Of a DNA stretch of 64,000 nt, positions 19,503 through 29,723 are shown in pieces; within the stretch, counting starts at the first letter, position 1, and each line of letters starts with the position of its first letter. A model generated the notes under the pieces. That model did not search any database. It had not been told where the DNA came from and was given only the letters and a program-made list of their open reading frames with translations. A program made the position numbers and the translations under genes. The stretch covers positions 124,001-188,000 of IMG/VR virus record IMGVR_UViG_3300001460_000004. One strand, 5' to 3'.

Positions 19503-20030
19503 ATGAGAACAATAACAACTGTAATATGTGTAGTGATTACTATTTTTGGTAGTACATCATATATTGGAGCATCTCCAAAAACACAAGAAGCATTAAAAAC
19601 TAGTCTTAATCCTCTAACTTTTGATGAACAAACTTTCCCTCAAGTCCACTGTATGGCATTGAATATTTACTATGAAGCTCGAAGCAGTAATTTAGCTGAT
19701 AGAGTTGCTACAGCCGATGTAGTTATAAATCGAGTACTAGATTCGCGATACCCTGATACTATTTGTGAAGTAGTCAAGGATGGATATGTACTAGGAAAAC
19801 GTAACTGTCAATTTAGTTGGTACTGTGATGGTAAATCAGATGACCCGCAAGACGAAGATCGATGGGTTGAGGCACAAACCTTAGCCTGGGCTGTAGTTAG
19901 GTGGGGACAATACCGAGGCATTACTGAAGGTGCTACCCATTACCATGCTACATATGTAAACCCAAGGTGGGCAAAAAGTTTGCAATTAGTTGGACGCATA
20001 GGAGCACACGTTTACTATCGTTGGCAGTAA
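19503..20030 (+). CDS. SleB-like cell wall hydrolase (Hydrolase_2)
   Basis: CMALNIYYEAR, VINRV, YPDTICEVV, CQFSWYCDG, GATHYHA, IGAHVYY; N-terminal hydrophobic anchor. Confidence 0.9.
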   Translation: MRTITTVICVVITIFGSTSYIGASPKTQEALKTSLNPLTFDEQTFPQVHCMALNIYYEARSSNLADRVATADVVINRVLDSRYPDTICEVVKDGYVLGKRNCQFSWYCDGKSDDPQDEDRWVEAQTLAWAVVRWGQYRGITEGATHYHATYVNPRWAKSLQLVGRIGAHVYYRWQ

Positions 20031-20050
20031 TAAAGTAGATAAGTACATGT

Positions 20051-21613
20051 ATGAACAGTACAGATCTCAGTTTAATAAAAACAGCCCATAAAAAAACATC
20101 ATTTACACAAGAAGAAATTGATGATTTCCGAGCTAGTGCTGATCCAGTAACTGGCCCGGATTTTTTCTTGAGTAACTTTTTCTATATACAGCATCCCGTT
20201 CAGGGTAGAATAAAATATCAACCTTTTGACTATCAAAGAAGGTTGACAAATGTTTATCATAATTATAGATTTAGCATTAGTTTAATGCCAAGGCAAACTG
20301 GTAAAAGTACAACAGCTGCCGGATATTTGTTATGGTATGCTATGTTTATTCCTGATAGTACTATTCTTGTTGCTGCACACAAGTTTTTAGGCGCACAAGA
20401 AATTATGCAACGTGTGAGATATGCATACGAAAGTTGTCCTGATCATATACGTGCAGGGGTGGTAAGCTACAACAAAGGTAGTATTGAATTTGACAACGGC
20501 AGTCGTATTGTAAGCCAAACTACTACTGAGAATACCGGACGTGGTATGAGTATATCTTTAATGTATGCAGACGAGTTTGCATTTGTGCGTCCAACTATTG
20601 CTAAAGAGTTTTGGACTAGTATTAGTCCCACTCTAGCAACAGGTGGTAAAGCAATTATTACTAGTACGCCTAACAGTGATGAAGATCAATTTGCATTTTT
20701 ATGGAAAGGTGCAAACAAGTGTTTAGATGAACACGGCAATGCAACAGAAGTTGGACAAAACGGTTTTAAAGCATTTAGGAGTTTTTGGGATGAACATCCA
20801 GATCGTGATGACAAATGGGCACAAGAACAACGTGCTGCATTAGGAACTGATCGTTTTCGTCGAGAAATGGACTGTGAATTTATTATTAATGATGAAACAT
20901 TAATTGCTCCAACTACCCTAATTGATTTAGAAAGCGAAGACCCACTGTATAAAACTGGCGAAGTACGTTGGTATCGCAGACCAGAACCAAATAAAATTTA
21001 TGTTATCGGACTTGACCCTAGTCTAGGAACTGGTGGTGATCCTGCTGCTATACAAGTGTATGAAGCTAACAGTACTGTGCAAGTAGCTGAATGGTGCCAT
21101 AACAGAACTGATATACCTACCCAAATTCGGATACTTTCTGATATTATAACAGCAATAAATGTAATAGTTAAAAATCCTCAAAGTATATACTATAGCGTTG
21201 AAAACAACAGTATAGGAGAAGCCGCATTGATTAGTATTAATGAATACGGTGAAGAGAATATCCAAGGTTACTTTTTAAGCGAATCTGGATCTAAAAATGC
21301 AAGTCGTTTTAGAAAAGGATTTAACACTACTCATAAAGTAAAGTTAGCAGCTTGTAGTAAGTTTAAAAACTTAGTTGAAAGTAAAAAGATGCGTATCAAC
21401 AGTGCTGGACTTATAAGCGAACTTAAAAACTTTGTAGCATTAGGAACAAGTTATTCAGCAAAAACTGGAGAACATGATGATCTAGTTATGTCTACATTAT
21501 TAGTTGTTCGGATGTTACAAATATTACAAACTTATCACGTAGAATTAGACACACAAATGAGAGATCACAATGACCCATCGCAAGAACCTTTACCCTTTAT
21601 CATGTCAATGTAA
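20051..21613 (+). CDS. terL: Terminase large subunit (T4 gp17-like)
   Basis: PRQTGKST Walker A, YADEFAF Walker B, TSTPN, GLDPS, VENN, HDDLVM nuclease motifs. Confidence 0.95.
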   Translation: MNSTDLSLIKTAHKKTSFTQEEIDDFRASADPVTGPDFFLSNFFYIQHPVQGRIKYQPFDYQRRLTNVYHNYRFSISLMPRQTGKSTTAAGYLLWYAMFIPDSTILVAAHKFLGAQEIMQRVRYAYESCPDHIRAGVVSYNKGSIEFDNGSRIVSQTTTENTGRGMSISLMYADEFAFVRPTIAKEFWTSISPTLATGGKAIITSTPNSDEDQFAFLWKGANKCLDEHGNATEVGQNGFKAFRSFWDEHPDRDDKWAQEQRAALGTDRFRREMDCEFIINDETLIAPTTLIDLESEDPLYKTGEVRWYRRPEPNKIYVIGLDPSLGTGGDPAAIQVYEANSTVQVAEWCHNRTDIPTQIRILSDIITAINVIVKNPQSIYYSVENNSIGEAALISINEYGEENIQGYFLSESGSKNASRFRKGFNTTHKVKLAACSKFKNLVESKKMRINSAGLISELKNFVALGTSYSAKTGEHDDLVMSTLLVVRMLQILQTYHVELDTQMRDHNDPSQEPLPFIMSM

Positions 21614-21624
21614 TAAATAACATT

Positions 21625-22971
21625 ATGGATAACTCAAGTAACAATATGTTGTTTAACCTTTTGGTAACAAAAGGATTTGAACCAGAACTATTAGATATTA
21701 GTGGTAAACCTATCACTAATCCTACTGAAGCAGAAATGTTTAGCTTTGAATATCGCGGTGACGAAAAAAATTACGGCACAGTTGTTATTTTGCTAGGCAA
21801 AGAAGGAGACTTGCAGGTTTTCTTTGGAGACAATCTTGGCAAAACAATGGAACTTGGAGACAAGGACGAATGGTATGATTTTCTTGCACAGATTAAAAAA
21901 TTTGCCACTCGTAATTTGTTAAACTTTAAAGTTAACAACATTAACAAACTAAAGTATACCATGCAAGGAATAGCAGCAATTAATGAGGGTCTGTTTGAAG
22001 GTCAGTACTATGGCAAAAAAGATGTTAGCTACAATGGCCCTAAGGATGGTGCTAGATTAATGATCAAACACAAAAATCCAATTGGGGAAAATGGCAAACG
22101 ATATACTCAAGTTGATAAGTTATACGTAGAAAATTCAGAAGGCGAAAGATTTAAGCTACCTTTTAAAAATATTTTAGGTGGAAAAATAATGACTCGTCAT
22201 GTTAAAAATGGCGGAACTCCTTACGATGCATTAGGTACTCATATTAATGATATGATGGAAGAAATGAATGTGTTAGGAAAATTTATTAATGCTACACGTA
22301 ATAAAACATACGAAGATGCAGGAAATGCTATGGTGGAAACTGCTATCCAGCATTATAAAAAACTAAAGAGTAAAGCTAAAAAAATGGTCAGTGACAGAGG
22401 ATATGCCAGAGCCAAACATGACTTTGATCCCGGTAAAATACATGAGAGTGAAATTGCAACAGAGGTATTAAAGAGATATTTTGTTGAACAATCAATTGAT
22501 CAACGCATTGAAGAAGCACTACCGATGCTTGCACGTTTGGGCATAGCCTCAGCGGCAAATAACGTAGGAGAAGAAAAAATGAAAGAAGTAAATGAATTTA
22601 GTGAATGGGTTGAAGATGTAACCGAAGGGACTTGGGCTGTTCCAGAAACACGTGAAGAAATAAAAGCACTTGAACAACTACTAGCGGAACCATTAATTTT
22701 AGGACCAGATGCAACCAACGCAACCAACGCAATTTACGGATACATTGGTGATGATGAATTGTTTGATACACTATACGAGTTATCACTTGATAATCCTGAT
22801 GCAGATGCAAGACCTGCTATTATAGCTCGTTTAGAAAATATGGGAATTGACATTAACATAGATGATCGTCCAGTAACACCAAATGAAGATTTAGACACTG
22901 ATGGTGTTATGATGACTACCCCAAGTAATATGAGCAGCGAGTCTCTTAAACGTTTAGCTGGAATGCTATAA
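21625..22971 (+). CDS. Hypothetical late protein, probably virion/prohead-associated
   Basis: 448 aa; leaderless late promoter; ends LKRLAGML. Confidence 0.7.
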   Translation: MDNSSNNMLFNLLVTKGFEPELLDISGKPITNPTEAEMFSFEYRGDEKNYGTVVILLGKEGDLQVFFGDNLGKTMELGDKDEWYDFLAQIKKFATRNLLNFKVNNINKLKYTMQGIAAINEGLFEGQYYGKKDVSYNGPKDGARLMIKHKNPIGENGKRYTQVDKLYVENSEGERFKLPFKNILGGKIMTRHVKNGGTPYDALGTHINDMMEEMNVLGKFINATRNKTYEDAGNAMVETAIQHYKKLKSKAKKMVSDRGYARAKHDFDPGKIHESEIATEVLKRYFVEQSIDQRIEEALPMLARLGIASAANNVGEEKMKEVNEFSEWVEDVTEGTWAVPETREEIKALEQLLAEPLILGPDATNATNAIYGYIGDDELFDTLYELSLDNPDADARPAIIARLENMGIDINIDDRPVTPNEDLDTDGVMMTTPSNMSSESLKRLAGML

Positions 22972-23004
22972 AAACTCAAACGGTAAAACTTTTTAATAAA
23001 TAAC

Positions 23005-23033
23005 TTGACATTACACTGTGACCAATGTATATT
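23005..23033 (+). promoter_or_regulatory. sigma70-type promoter for the SSB gene (TAAATA just upstream)
   Basis: TTGACA-N17-TATATT. Confidence 0.65.
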
Positions 23034-23040
23034 AGTAATA

Positions 23041-23127
23041 TATACACAGTGAGTGTATAGGCAATCAAAGATACGTAGTTGCGTATCATAGGCAAATGAA
23101 AGAGTAGTAGTAGCTACTCGTAGGCAA
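23041..23127 (+). promoter_or_regulatory. Three tandem hairpin+TAGGCAA units in the SSB leader
   Basis: Stems TATACAC/GTGTATA, GATACG/CGTATC, GAGTAG/CTACTC; loops begin AGT; TAGGCAA at 23058, 23089, 23121. Confidence 0.75.
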
Positions 23128-23141
23128 AAAGGATAAACATT

Positions 23142-24116
23142 ATGGCTTCATTAGCAGAAATTCGTGCAAGACTTGCACAAGCAGAAAACAAGCAATCAGG
23201 TGGACGAGCTCCAGATTCTGATAGCGTAGTATACCCCCACTGGAACATGGATGAAGGAAAGTCAGCGTTAATGCGTTTCTTACCTGATGGCGATAGTAAT
23301 AACACGTTCTTTTGGGTAGAGCGGGCAATGATCAAACTTCCATTTAATGGCGTCAAGGGAAGCATGGACAATAAAATGACTATGGTTCATGTGCCTTGTG
23401 TTGAGATGTGGGGAGACAACTGTCCAATTCTTGCAGAAGTACGTGGTTGGTTTAAAGATCCAAGTCTTGAAGATATGGGTCGTAAGTATTGGAAAAAGCG
23501 TTCATATATTATGCAAGGCTTTGTACGTGAAAACCCAATTAGTGATGATCGTGCTCCAGAAAATCCCATTAGACGTTTCATTATGGGACCGCAAATCTTT
23601 ACTGTTATTAAGAGTGCGTTAATGGATCCTGAGCTTGAGGAAATTCCAACTGATACTATGCGTGGGTTAGACTTTCGTATTAGTAAAACCTCTAAAGGTG
23701 GTTATGCAGATTATAGCACCAGTAAATGGGCTCGTAAAGAAACTCCTTTAACAGCGGATGAACAAGCCGCAGTAGACACACATGGTTTGTTTACGTTAAA
23801 TGACTTTCTTCCAAAACGTCCTGACGATGCAGCTCTTCAAGTAATGAAAGAGATGTTTGAAGCAAGCGTAGATGGACAAAGCTATGATTTAGATCGTTGG
23901 GGATCGTACTTCCGTCCAGTGGGAATGGGTCCTGTGGCTAACACAGCACCTGCACCAACACCAGTAGCTGCACCAGTAGCTGCACCAGTAGCTGCACCAG
24001 TAACTGAAGCACCAGAAGTTAACCCAGTTACAACTCCTCCTCCAGAGGCACCTAAGAGCGATAAAGCAGAGGACATTCTTGCAATGATCCGTGCTAAACA
24101 ATCAGCAACACAGTAG
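23142..24116 (+). CDS. Single-stranded DNA-binding protein (T4 gp32-like)
   Basis: MRFLPD, C..MWG..CPI, YWKKRSY, GLDFRISKT..GGYADYSTS; Pro/Ala linker near the C-terminus. Confidence 0.9.
   Translation: MASLAEIRARLAQAENKQSGGRAPDSDSVVYPHWNMDEGKSALMRFLPDGDSNNTFFWVERAMIKLPFNGVKGSMDNKMTMVHVPCVEMWGDNCPILAEVRGWFKDPSLEDMGRKYWKKRSYIMQGFVRENPISDDRAPENPIRRFIMGPQIFTVIKSALMDPELEEIPTDTMRGLDFRISKTSKGGYADYSTSKWARKETPLTADEQAAVDTHGLFTLNDFLPKRPDDAALQVMKEMFEASVDGQSYDLDRWGSYFRPVGMGPVANTAPAPTPVAAPVAAPVAAPVTEAPEVNPVTTPPPEAPKSDKAEDILAMIRAKQSATQ
23959..24006 (+). repeat. 12-bp tandem repeat x4 (CACCAGTAGCTG) encoding a PVAA linker
   Basis: Three exact copies and one near copy. Confidence 0.9.
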
Positions 24117-24119
24117 CAC

Positions 24120-24770
24120 ATGCTAACTGAACTGGATTGGCTCTTATATCCAGAAGACTGTGAGGTGCTAATAACGCCTCACAGTCTATCACCATATCTA
24201 ATTGAAAAGAATGGCAGTACTGCACTTCGTTGGTATAGTGAACAAAACAACTGGAAAATTGCTAAAAATCATCAAATATATGATTTAGAAAACATAGATG
24301 TTTTTATACGCCCGCCAAAAGTTAGATATTTAAGTGGACTGTATACCTGGTTGCAATGGCTTAAACGTGATCATAATTTAGACTTAGCAACTGCTGAATG
24401 GTTTGCTAAAGAGTTTAGTTTTTTAAACAGGCACTATCTACCACAGTTCCATTGGTTACTTAACTTGGCACGTTATGTAAACCCTACATGTACTATAAAC
24501 TTTCATAAATTTGAAACGTTTTCTCAACACTTCCCTAATAATCATAACCCACATGGGTTTAAGTATGAAGCTGATTGGGGTCGTAACGTATTACAGCAAC
24601 AAAAAAAACTGGATTTTTGGTTTTATCTTGATGATATATTACGTGAACTTGATGGCAAAAGTTTTAATTGGTATGAATTTAGAAATTATTTTAAATCAAA
24701 CTACAGTGATACATATCACGTGTTAACAAGGACTAGTAGCTCAATTAGTAATGTATTGTCCACGACTTGA
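24120..24770 (+). CDS. Sulfotransferase-like protein
   Basis: IEKNGSTALR and FIRPPKVRYLSG resemble 5'-PSB and 3'-PB motifs; HYLPQ. Confidence 0.55.
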   Translation: MLTELDWLLYPEDCEVLITPHSLSPYLIEKNGSTALRWYSEQNNWKIAKNHQIYDLENIDVFIRPPKVRYLSGLYTWLQWLKRDHNLDLATAEWFAKEFSFLNRHYLPQFHWLLNLARYVNPTCTINFHKFETFSQHFPNNHNPHGFKYEADWGRNVLQQQKKLDFWFYLDDILRELDGKSFNWYEFRNYFKSNYSDTYHVLTRTSSSISNVLSTT

Positions 24771-25737
24771 TCATTTTGCAAGACTAAACAGCAATGGCAC
24801 TATTGGAAAATGTGGTCATATGACAATCCAACATGGATTTAAAAATGTTGAACAAATGCAAAATAGCAAATGGTTGGCTAGAGTAAGAGAAGATTTTTTA
24901 AATCAAACTTGGCCAAAAGAATGTATACGCTGTAGAGATACTGAAGCAGTAACACAACGTAGTATTAGACTTTCTAGTATTGAAAGAGATCGATTATTAT
25001 CAAAATTTGATTCTAACTATTTAATTGTTGGTGGTGTACTTGACAACATATGTAATAGTGCATGTCAAAGCTGTAGCAGTGATCTAAGCACAAAAATTGG
25101 TGCATTGGATGGCAGTAGGATTAAAGTTAATAATGAACATTTACTGGATGCACTACCTTGGGAAAACATCATTGAGTTAGATATAAATGGTGGCGAACCT
25201 ACAGCAAGTCCACGCTATCAAACGTTGCTTGAAAATCCACCGCCAAATGTAAAAATCATTAGGATTAATACTAATTGTAGTAGGCCAATGCGAGCCATTG
25301 AAAAATTACTACAACGACGAATTAAAGTAATTGTAACAGCAAGTTTAGATGGTATAGGCGCAATACACGATTATGTGCGTTGGCCAATTAAATGGAACAA
25401 CTATATAAAAGTTATTAACATATATAAACAATTACGTGATCAATATAGTAATTTAGAACTACAAGCATGGACTACAGTTAGCTCGTTAAACGCAATGGAT
25501 TTACCAAACATAATTAAATATTGTAATACAAACAACATTAATCATGACTGGAGTTTTTTAACATTCCCTTCTGCATTAGATGCTCGATATTATAATAGAC
25601 TAACAGCTAATGTGTCATTAGACACAGTTGCAACATTACAAGACAATACTACACAACTTGATGAGTTTATTACTAAACAAGATAAACTACGAAACATAGC
25701 AATGGAGGACTATTATGAAGATTGCTATCACCGGTGA
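24751..25737 (+). CDS. Radical SAM protein with N-terminal twitch/SPASM-like Cys cluster
   Basis: CNSACQSC, GGEP, SLDG..DYVRWP; N-terminal CP...GKC...ECIRC. Confidence 0.85.
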   Translation: MYCPRLDHFARLNSNGTIGKCGHMTIQHGFKNVEQMQNSKWLARVREDFLNQTWPKECIRCRDTEAVTQRSIRLSSIERDRLLSKFDSNYLIVGGVLDNICNSACQSCSSDLSTKIGALDGSRIKVNNEHLLDALPWENIIELDINGGEPTASPRYQTLLENPPPNVKIIRINTNCSRPMRAIEKLLQRRIKVIVTASLDGIGAIHDYVRWPIKWNNYIKVINIYKQLRDQYSNLELQAWTTVSSLNAMDLPNIIKYCNTNNINHDWSFLTFPSALDARYYNRLTANVSLDTVATLQDNTTQLDEFITKQDKLRNIAMEDYYEDCYHR

Positions 25738-26284
25738 TACTGCTGGGATTGGACTAGCATTAAGTGAAGAATTATCATATCGTGGACATGACATTGTTGG
25801 ATTAAGCAAGCGTAATGGTTATAACATTCGTATTACACCTAAAATAGTTGATTTGATTAAACAGTGTGATATGTTTGTTAACAATGCCCAAGTTGATTTT
25901 GCACAAACACAGTTACTATACGGAGTTTGGAAATGTTGGCAAGAATGCCCTGGTAATATAATTTGGAATATTAGTACAATGCTAACACAATGTCCAAGTA
26001 CTACTGATATAACAGATCTTGATCCAGTTGATATGAATATGTATCGCAATCAAAAACTTGCACTTGAGGATGCACACAACCAATTAAAATTTTTTGGGCA
26101 TGGGCCAAAGATGTGTTTGATTAAACCTGGTAATATACAGACACACTCAGGAAAAACAAATGCATGTAACACCACAGTGTGGGCAAAAACTGTTGTTGAC
26201 ACATATGTAACAGCACATGCACAAGGTATGCATCTTGAAGAAATAAGTATTGGATGGTTAAGCAATAAGGATAACCAAATTTAA
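25715..26284 (+). CDS. Short-chain dehydrogenase/reductase
   Basis: ITGDTAGIG, FVNNA, NIS, YRNQK (YxxxK), IKPG. Confidence 0.85.
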   Translation: MKIAITGDTAGIGLALSEELSYRGHDIVGLSKRNGYNIRITPKIVDLIKQCDMFVNNAQVDFAQTQLLYGVWKCWQECPGNIIWNISTMLTQCPSTTDITDLDPVDMNMYRNQKLALEDAHNQLKFFGHGPKMCLIKPGNIQTHSGKTNACNTTVWAKTVVDTYVTAHAQGMHLEEISIGWLSNKDNQI

Positions 26285-27429
26285 TGGATCCAAAAACTGC
26301 ACTTAAAAATGGTACATTCTGTCCATGTCCGTGGACTGGGTTTATTATGCAAGCTGATGGTAGTATTAAAAACTGTGTTGCATCCCAAGATGAAATTGGC
26401 AACATAAACAAAAATACAATACAAGAAGTGTTGGCTAGTGATCATAACCGAGAAATTAAGACAGCAATGTTAAATGGTATAAAGCACAGTAGTTGTGAAA
26501 CATGCCACATAAAAGAACAAAACAATCCATTGCGTACTAATATTATAAGCAATAGAATATATTATCTTAAAGAATTAGCTAGAGTTCCGTATGATCTTTA
26601 TACTGACGACGATGCGTTTGATCTAAACACAGTTGATCTTAGATGGAGAAACACTTGTAATTTTGCGTGTGTGTATTGTGATCCAATCAGCAGTAGTAAA
26701 TGGGCACAAGAACTCAATCAAAAGATACATATGCAAAATAGCAGTAGGCAAGATTTACTTGACTATGTGTTAGAAAATGCACACAAGTTAAAGAATATTT
26801 ACTTTGCTGGTGGCGAACCTTTAATGATCAAAGAAAATAAACAAGTACTCAAAAAACTTAAACAAGTAAACCCATTGCTAAACATTAGAGTGAACACAAA
26901 TCTAAGTAAAACCAATACTGGTATATTTGAACAGTTGTGTGAATTTAAAAATGTACATTGGATTATAAGTGTTGACTCAATGAGTACTGAATTTGAATAT
27001 ATACGCCATGGTGGTAATTGGGAACAATTTAAACAAAACTTCAAAATTATTACACAATTAGATCACAAAATTAGTTTTAACATGCTTTGGTTGATACTAA
27101 ATGCTCATAGTTTGTTTGATACTATTGATTGGTTAACTGACCAAGGCATGCACAACAATAGTATAGTACTTGGTCCTATTACTGGACCAAGTTATCTAGA
27201 CGTGAGAAATTTGCCAATTGAATTGCAACATTCTTTAGAAGATCGTATTATACAACGGCAAGACACCAACAGCACCTGGTTACTGGAACATGGATATCAA
27301 GTGCTTTTAGATCATTTAAGAAAACCATTTAATGGTAATTTAGAAAATAGTCAACACCGTCTAAGTGAGATGGACAAGCGTCGAAATATTAATCATAGGG
27401 ATATTTTTCCATGGCTATACAAACTGTAA
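26284..27429 (+). CDS. Radical SAM protein with N-terminal twitch/SPASM-like Cys cluster
   Basis: FCPCPW...KNC...CETC; CNFACVYC; AGGEP; SVD..FEYIR. Confidence 0.9.
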   Translation: MDPKTALKNGTFCPCPWTGFIMQADGSIKNCVASQDEIGNINKNTIQEVLASDHNREIKTAMLNGIKHSSCETCHIKEQNNPLRTNIISNRIYYLKELARVPYDLYTDDDAFDLNTVDLRWRNTCNFACVYCDPISSSKWAQELNQKIHMQNSSRQDLLDYVLENAHKLKNIYFAGGEPLMIKENKQVLKKLKQVNPLLNIRVNTNLSKTNTGIFEQLCEFKNVHWIISVDSMSTEFEYIRHGGNWEQFKQNFKIITQLDHKISFNMLWLILNAHSLFDTIDWLTDQGMHNNSIVLGPITGPSYLDVRNLPIELQHSLEDRIIQRQDTNSTWLLEHGYQVLLDHLRKPFNGNLENSQHRLSEMDKRRNINHRDIFPWLYKL

Positions 27430-28286
27430 TTGTTTATCCACCTGGTGGGTTTGGTAGTATGCTTGAAGCAGTATTGCGTAGATATAGTGTGCAATATCAA
27501 AGTTTAAATGAAATTGCACCAGCAGACGACGGTTCATTTCATAATTATTCTCGTGGAGAACATGTGTTTATGGTCAATGACAGTACTAACCAAGTCCAAG
27601 ATCATGTGTATAGTGTAATCTATCCAGGATACAACAAAGATATACCTGTAGCATTTGACATATTAGAGAGCCACAAGACACAAAAAGTTTTTGTAAAGAT
27701 TGGCAATAGCTTTGAAATGATACAGTGTTGGTGTTTGTTTGATCACAAAGATGATCTATTAGATCCTAACAATTTGCTTTATAAAGCAATAAACAATGCA
27801 GAAAACTTATCAAGTTGGGGATGTAGTGATTATAGTGAACTAGAAACTTGGCAAAAACGTGAACATTTAAGTTATGTATTAGATGGCATATTTGAAAAAA
27901 CTTTACTTGCAAGTACTCAAGCTCCTGACAATTGGTTTGTTATTAACTTTTCACAGTTATTGTTATCACCTAGGTATGTAATACGCAGTTTGTTTGATCA
28001 TTACAATCTTGACATGAAAGATGAAGATGACTTCACATCGATGATAAACAACTGGAAGGATGTACAAAGCCCAATTTGTGCAAGAGCTGTGCTAATTACG
28101 GATATAATACATGCAACTTTGGGATTTACTGTACCAGTTGATGTCCCTGAACTTAGCATAATGGAACAAGCAATAATACAACAACAATTAAGACAACATG
28201 GATATGAGATAAAATGTCAAGATTTAAATCATTTTCCAAGAACAACAAGTATATTAAAAGATATAATTTATAGACTTGACAAATAG
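27411..28286 (+). CDS. Hypothetical protein, P-loop/sulfotransferase-like family (paralogue of 38581 and 47907)
   Basis: N-terminal YPPGGFGSML motif shared with FMPGAMGHFL and FPGGAHGNYV. Confidence 0.6.
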   Translation: MAIQTVIVYPPGGFGSMLEAVLRRYSVQYQSLNEIAPADDGSFHNYSRGEHVFMVNDSTNQVQDHVYSVIYPGYNKDIPVAFDILESHKTQKVFVKIGNSFEMIQCWCLFDHKDDLLDPNNLLYKAINNAENLSSWGCSDYSELETWQKREHLSYVLDGIFEKTLLASTQAPDNWFVINFSQLLLSPRYVIRSLFDHYNLDMKDEDDFTSMINNWKDVQSPICARAVLITDIIHATLGFTVPVDVPELSIMEQAIIQQQLRQHGYEIKCQDLNHFPRTTSILKDIIYRLDK

Positions 28287-28304
28287 ACAAAAATAAGTTA
28301 TTAT
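28276..28304 (+). promoter_or_regulatory. sigma70-type promoter for uvsX, -35 inside the upstream gene end
   Basis: TTGACA-N17-TATTAT. Confidence 0.55.
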
Positions 28305-28336
28305 AATAGTTAACATATCATAGTAGAGGAAACAAC

Positions 28337-29455
28337 ATGGCAGGTAAACCATTTGACGTAAGTAAATTCCGTAAGGACATTACTAAAAGCATTGACGGAC
28401 TAAGCATTGGCTTTCATGATCCAACTGACTGGATTAGCACAGGCAACTATGCACTAAACTATCTTATTAGTGGCGACTTTAACAGAGGTGTTCCTCTAGG
28501 AAAGGTAACAGTATTTGCAGGTGAAAGCGGTGCTGGTAAATCATATATTTGTAGTGGTAATATTGTTAAGTATGCACAAGAACAAGGCATTTTTGTTGTG
28601 CTAATTGATAGTGAGAACGCACTTGACGAAGCATGGTTACATGCATTGGGAGTCAGCACTGAGGAGGATAAATTACTAAAACTTTCAATGTCAATGATTG
28701 ATGATGTTGCAAAAACTATTAGTACCTTTATGAGTGATTACAAAGCATTACCCGACGGAGAACGCCCTAAAGTGTTGTTTGTTATTGACAGTTTAGGTAT
28801 GTTGTTAACTCCCACAGATGTTGATCAGTTTAACAAAGGTGACATGAAAGGTGATTTAGGTCGTAAACCCAAAGCACTTACTGCACTTGTGCGTAACACA
28901 GTTAACATGATTGGCAGTTACAATGTTGGGCTGGTATGTACTAACCACACATATGCTTCGCAAGATATGTTTGATCCAGACGATAAGATCTCAGGTGGTC
29001 AAGGCTTTGTGTACGCAAGTAGTATTGTTGTTGCGATGAAAAAGATGAAATTAAAAGAAGATGAAGCTGGCAACAAAATTAGTGATGTGCGTGGCATACG
29101 TGCAGGATGTAAAGTTATGAAAACACGTTATGCCAAACCTTTTGAAAGTCTACAAGTAAAGATCCCATATGAAACAGGTATGAACCCCTATAGTGGTCTT
29201 GTTGACATGGCTGAGAAAAGAGGATTGTTAACTAAAGTTGGTAATCGACTACAGTTTAAATCAAACAACGGTGAGGAAGTCTTGCAATTTCGTAAAGCAT
29301 GGGAAAGCAATGCTGATGGGTGTTTAGATAAATTAATGGCACAAGTAAGTTATCTTGATGAAATGGCTGATACTGATAAATTAATTCTTGACAGCGACGA
29401 TGATACATACATGGATGAACTACAACAACAGGAGGCACTGAATGGCGAAGAATGA
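28337..29455 (+). CDS. uvsX: RecA-like recombinase
   Basis: GESGAGKS Walker A, IDSE, VIDSLG, NHTY, SGGQG, KTRYAKP. Confidence 0.92.
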   Translation: MAGKPFDVSKFRKDITKSIDGLSIGFHDPTDWISTGNYALNYLISGDFNRGVPLGKVTVFAGESGAGKSYICSGNIVKYAQEQGIFVVLIDSENALDEAWLHALGVSTEEDKLLKLSMSMIDDVAKTISTFMSDYKALPDGERPKVLFVIDSLGMLLTPTDVDQFNKGDMKGDLGRKPKALTALVRNTVNMIGSYNVGLVCTNHTYASQDMFDPDDKISGGQGFVYASSIVVAMKKMKLKEDEAGNKISDVRGIRAGCKVMKTRYAKPFESLQVKIPYETGMNPYSGLVDMAEKRGLLTKVGNRLQFKSNNGEEVLQFRKAWESNADGCLDKLMAQVSYLDEMADTDKLILDSDDDTYMDELQQQEALNGEE

Positions 29456-29723
29456 TAGTAAATCATTAGAATTGGTTTACAAAGTATGGCAAGATTTAAG
29501 AGAACATTTTGAAACTAATGATAGATCGGAATCTATTGAAACTGTTGTATCTGTGTTGTCTGATAGTGGACATTCCAGTCAAGACATTCATGACGTGTTT
29601 CAAAATGATCCTGAATTTGATAGAATTGTTAGCTTATTTTTTGAAGAAGATGTTAACGACGAGGAAGACGATCCTGATAACTTAGATGACTATTTCTTTA
29701 ATCCAGAAGAAGATGATTATTAA
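29442..29723 (+). CDS. Small acidic hypothetical protein
   Basis: 93-aa ORF between uvsX and uvsY. Confidence 0.65.
   Translation: MAKNDSKSLELVYKVWQDLREHFETNDRSESIETVVSVLSDSGHSSQDIHDVFQNDPEFDRIVSLFFEEDVNDEEDDPDNLDDYFFNPEEDDY

Noticed and set aside
20051-21613. Inteins or introns in terminase, helicases, UvsX
   Set aside because: Lengths are normal and no splice-junction motifs or frame breaks were seen
23041-23127. Possible mini-CRISPR array (periodic repeats with variable spacers)
   Set aside because: Constant part is only 7 nt, the variable parts are self-complementary stems, there are only three units, and no cas genes are present
23889-24101. Minus-strand ORF with WCSY repeats resembling a Cys-rich RiPP precursor next to radical SAM genes
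   Set aside because: It is the antisense reading of the 12-bp PVAA linker repeat within the SSB gene, with no independent expression signals
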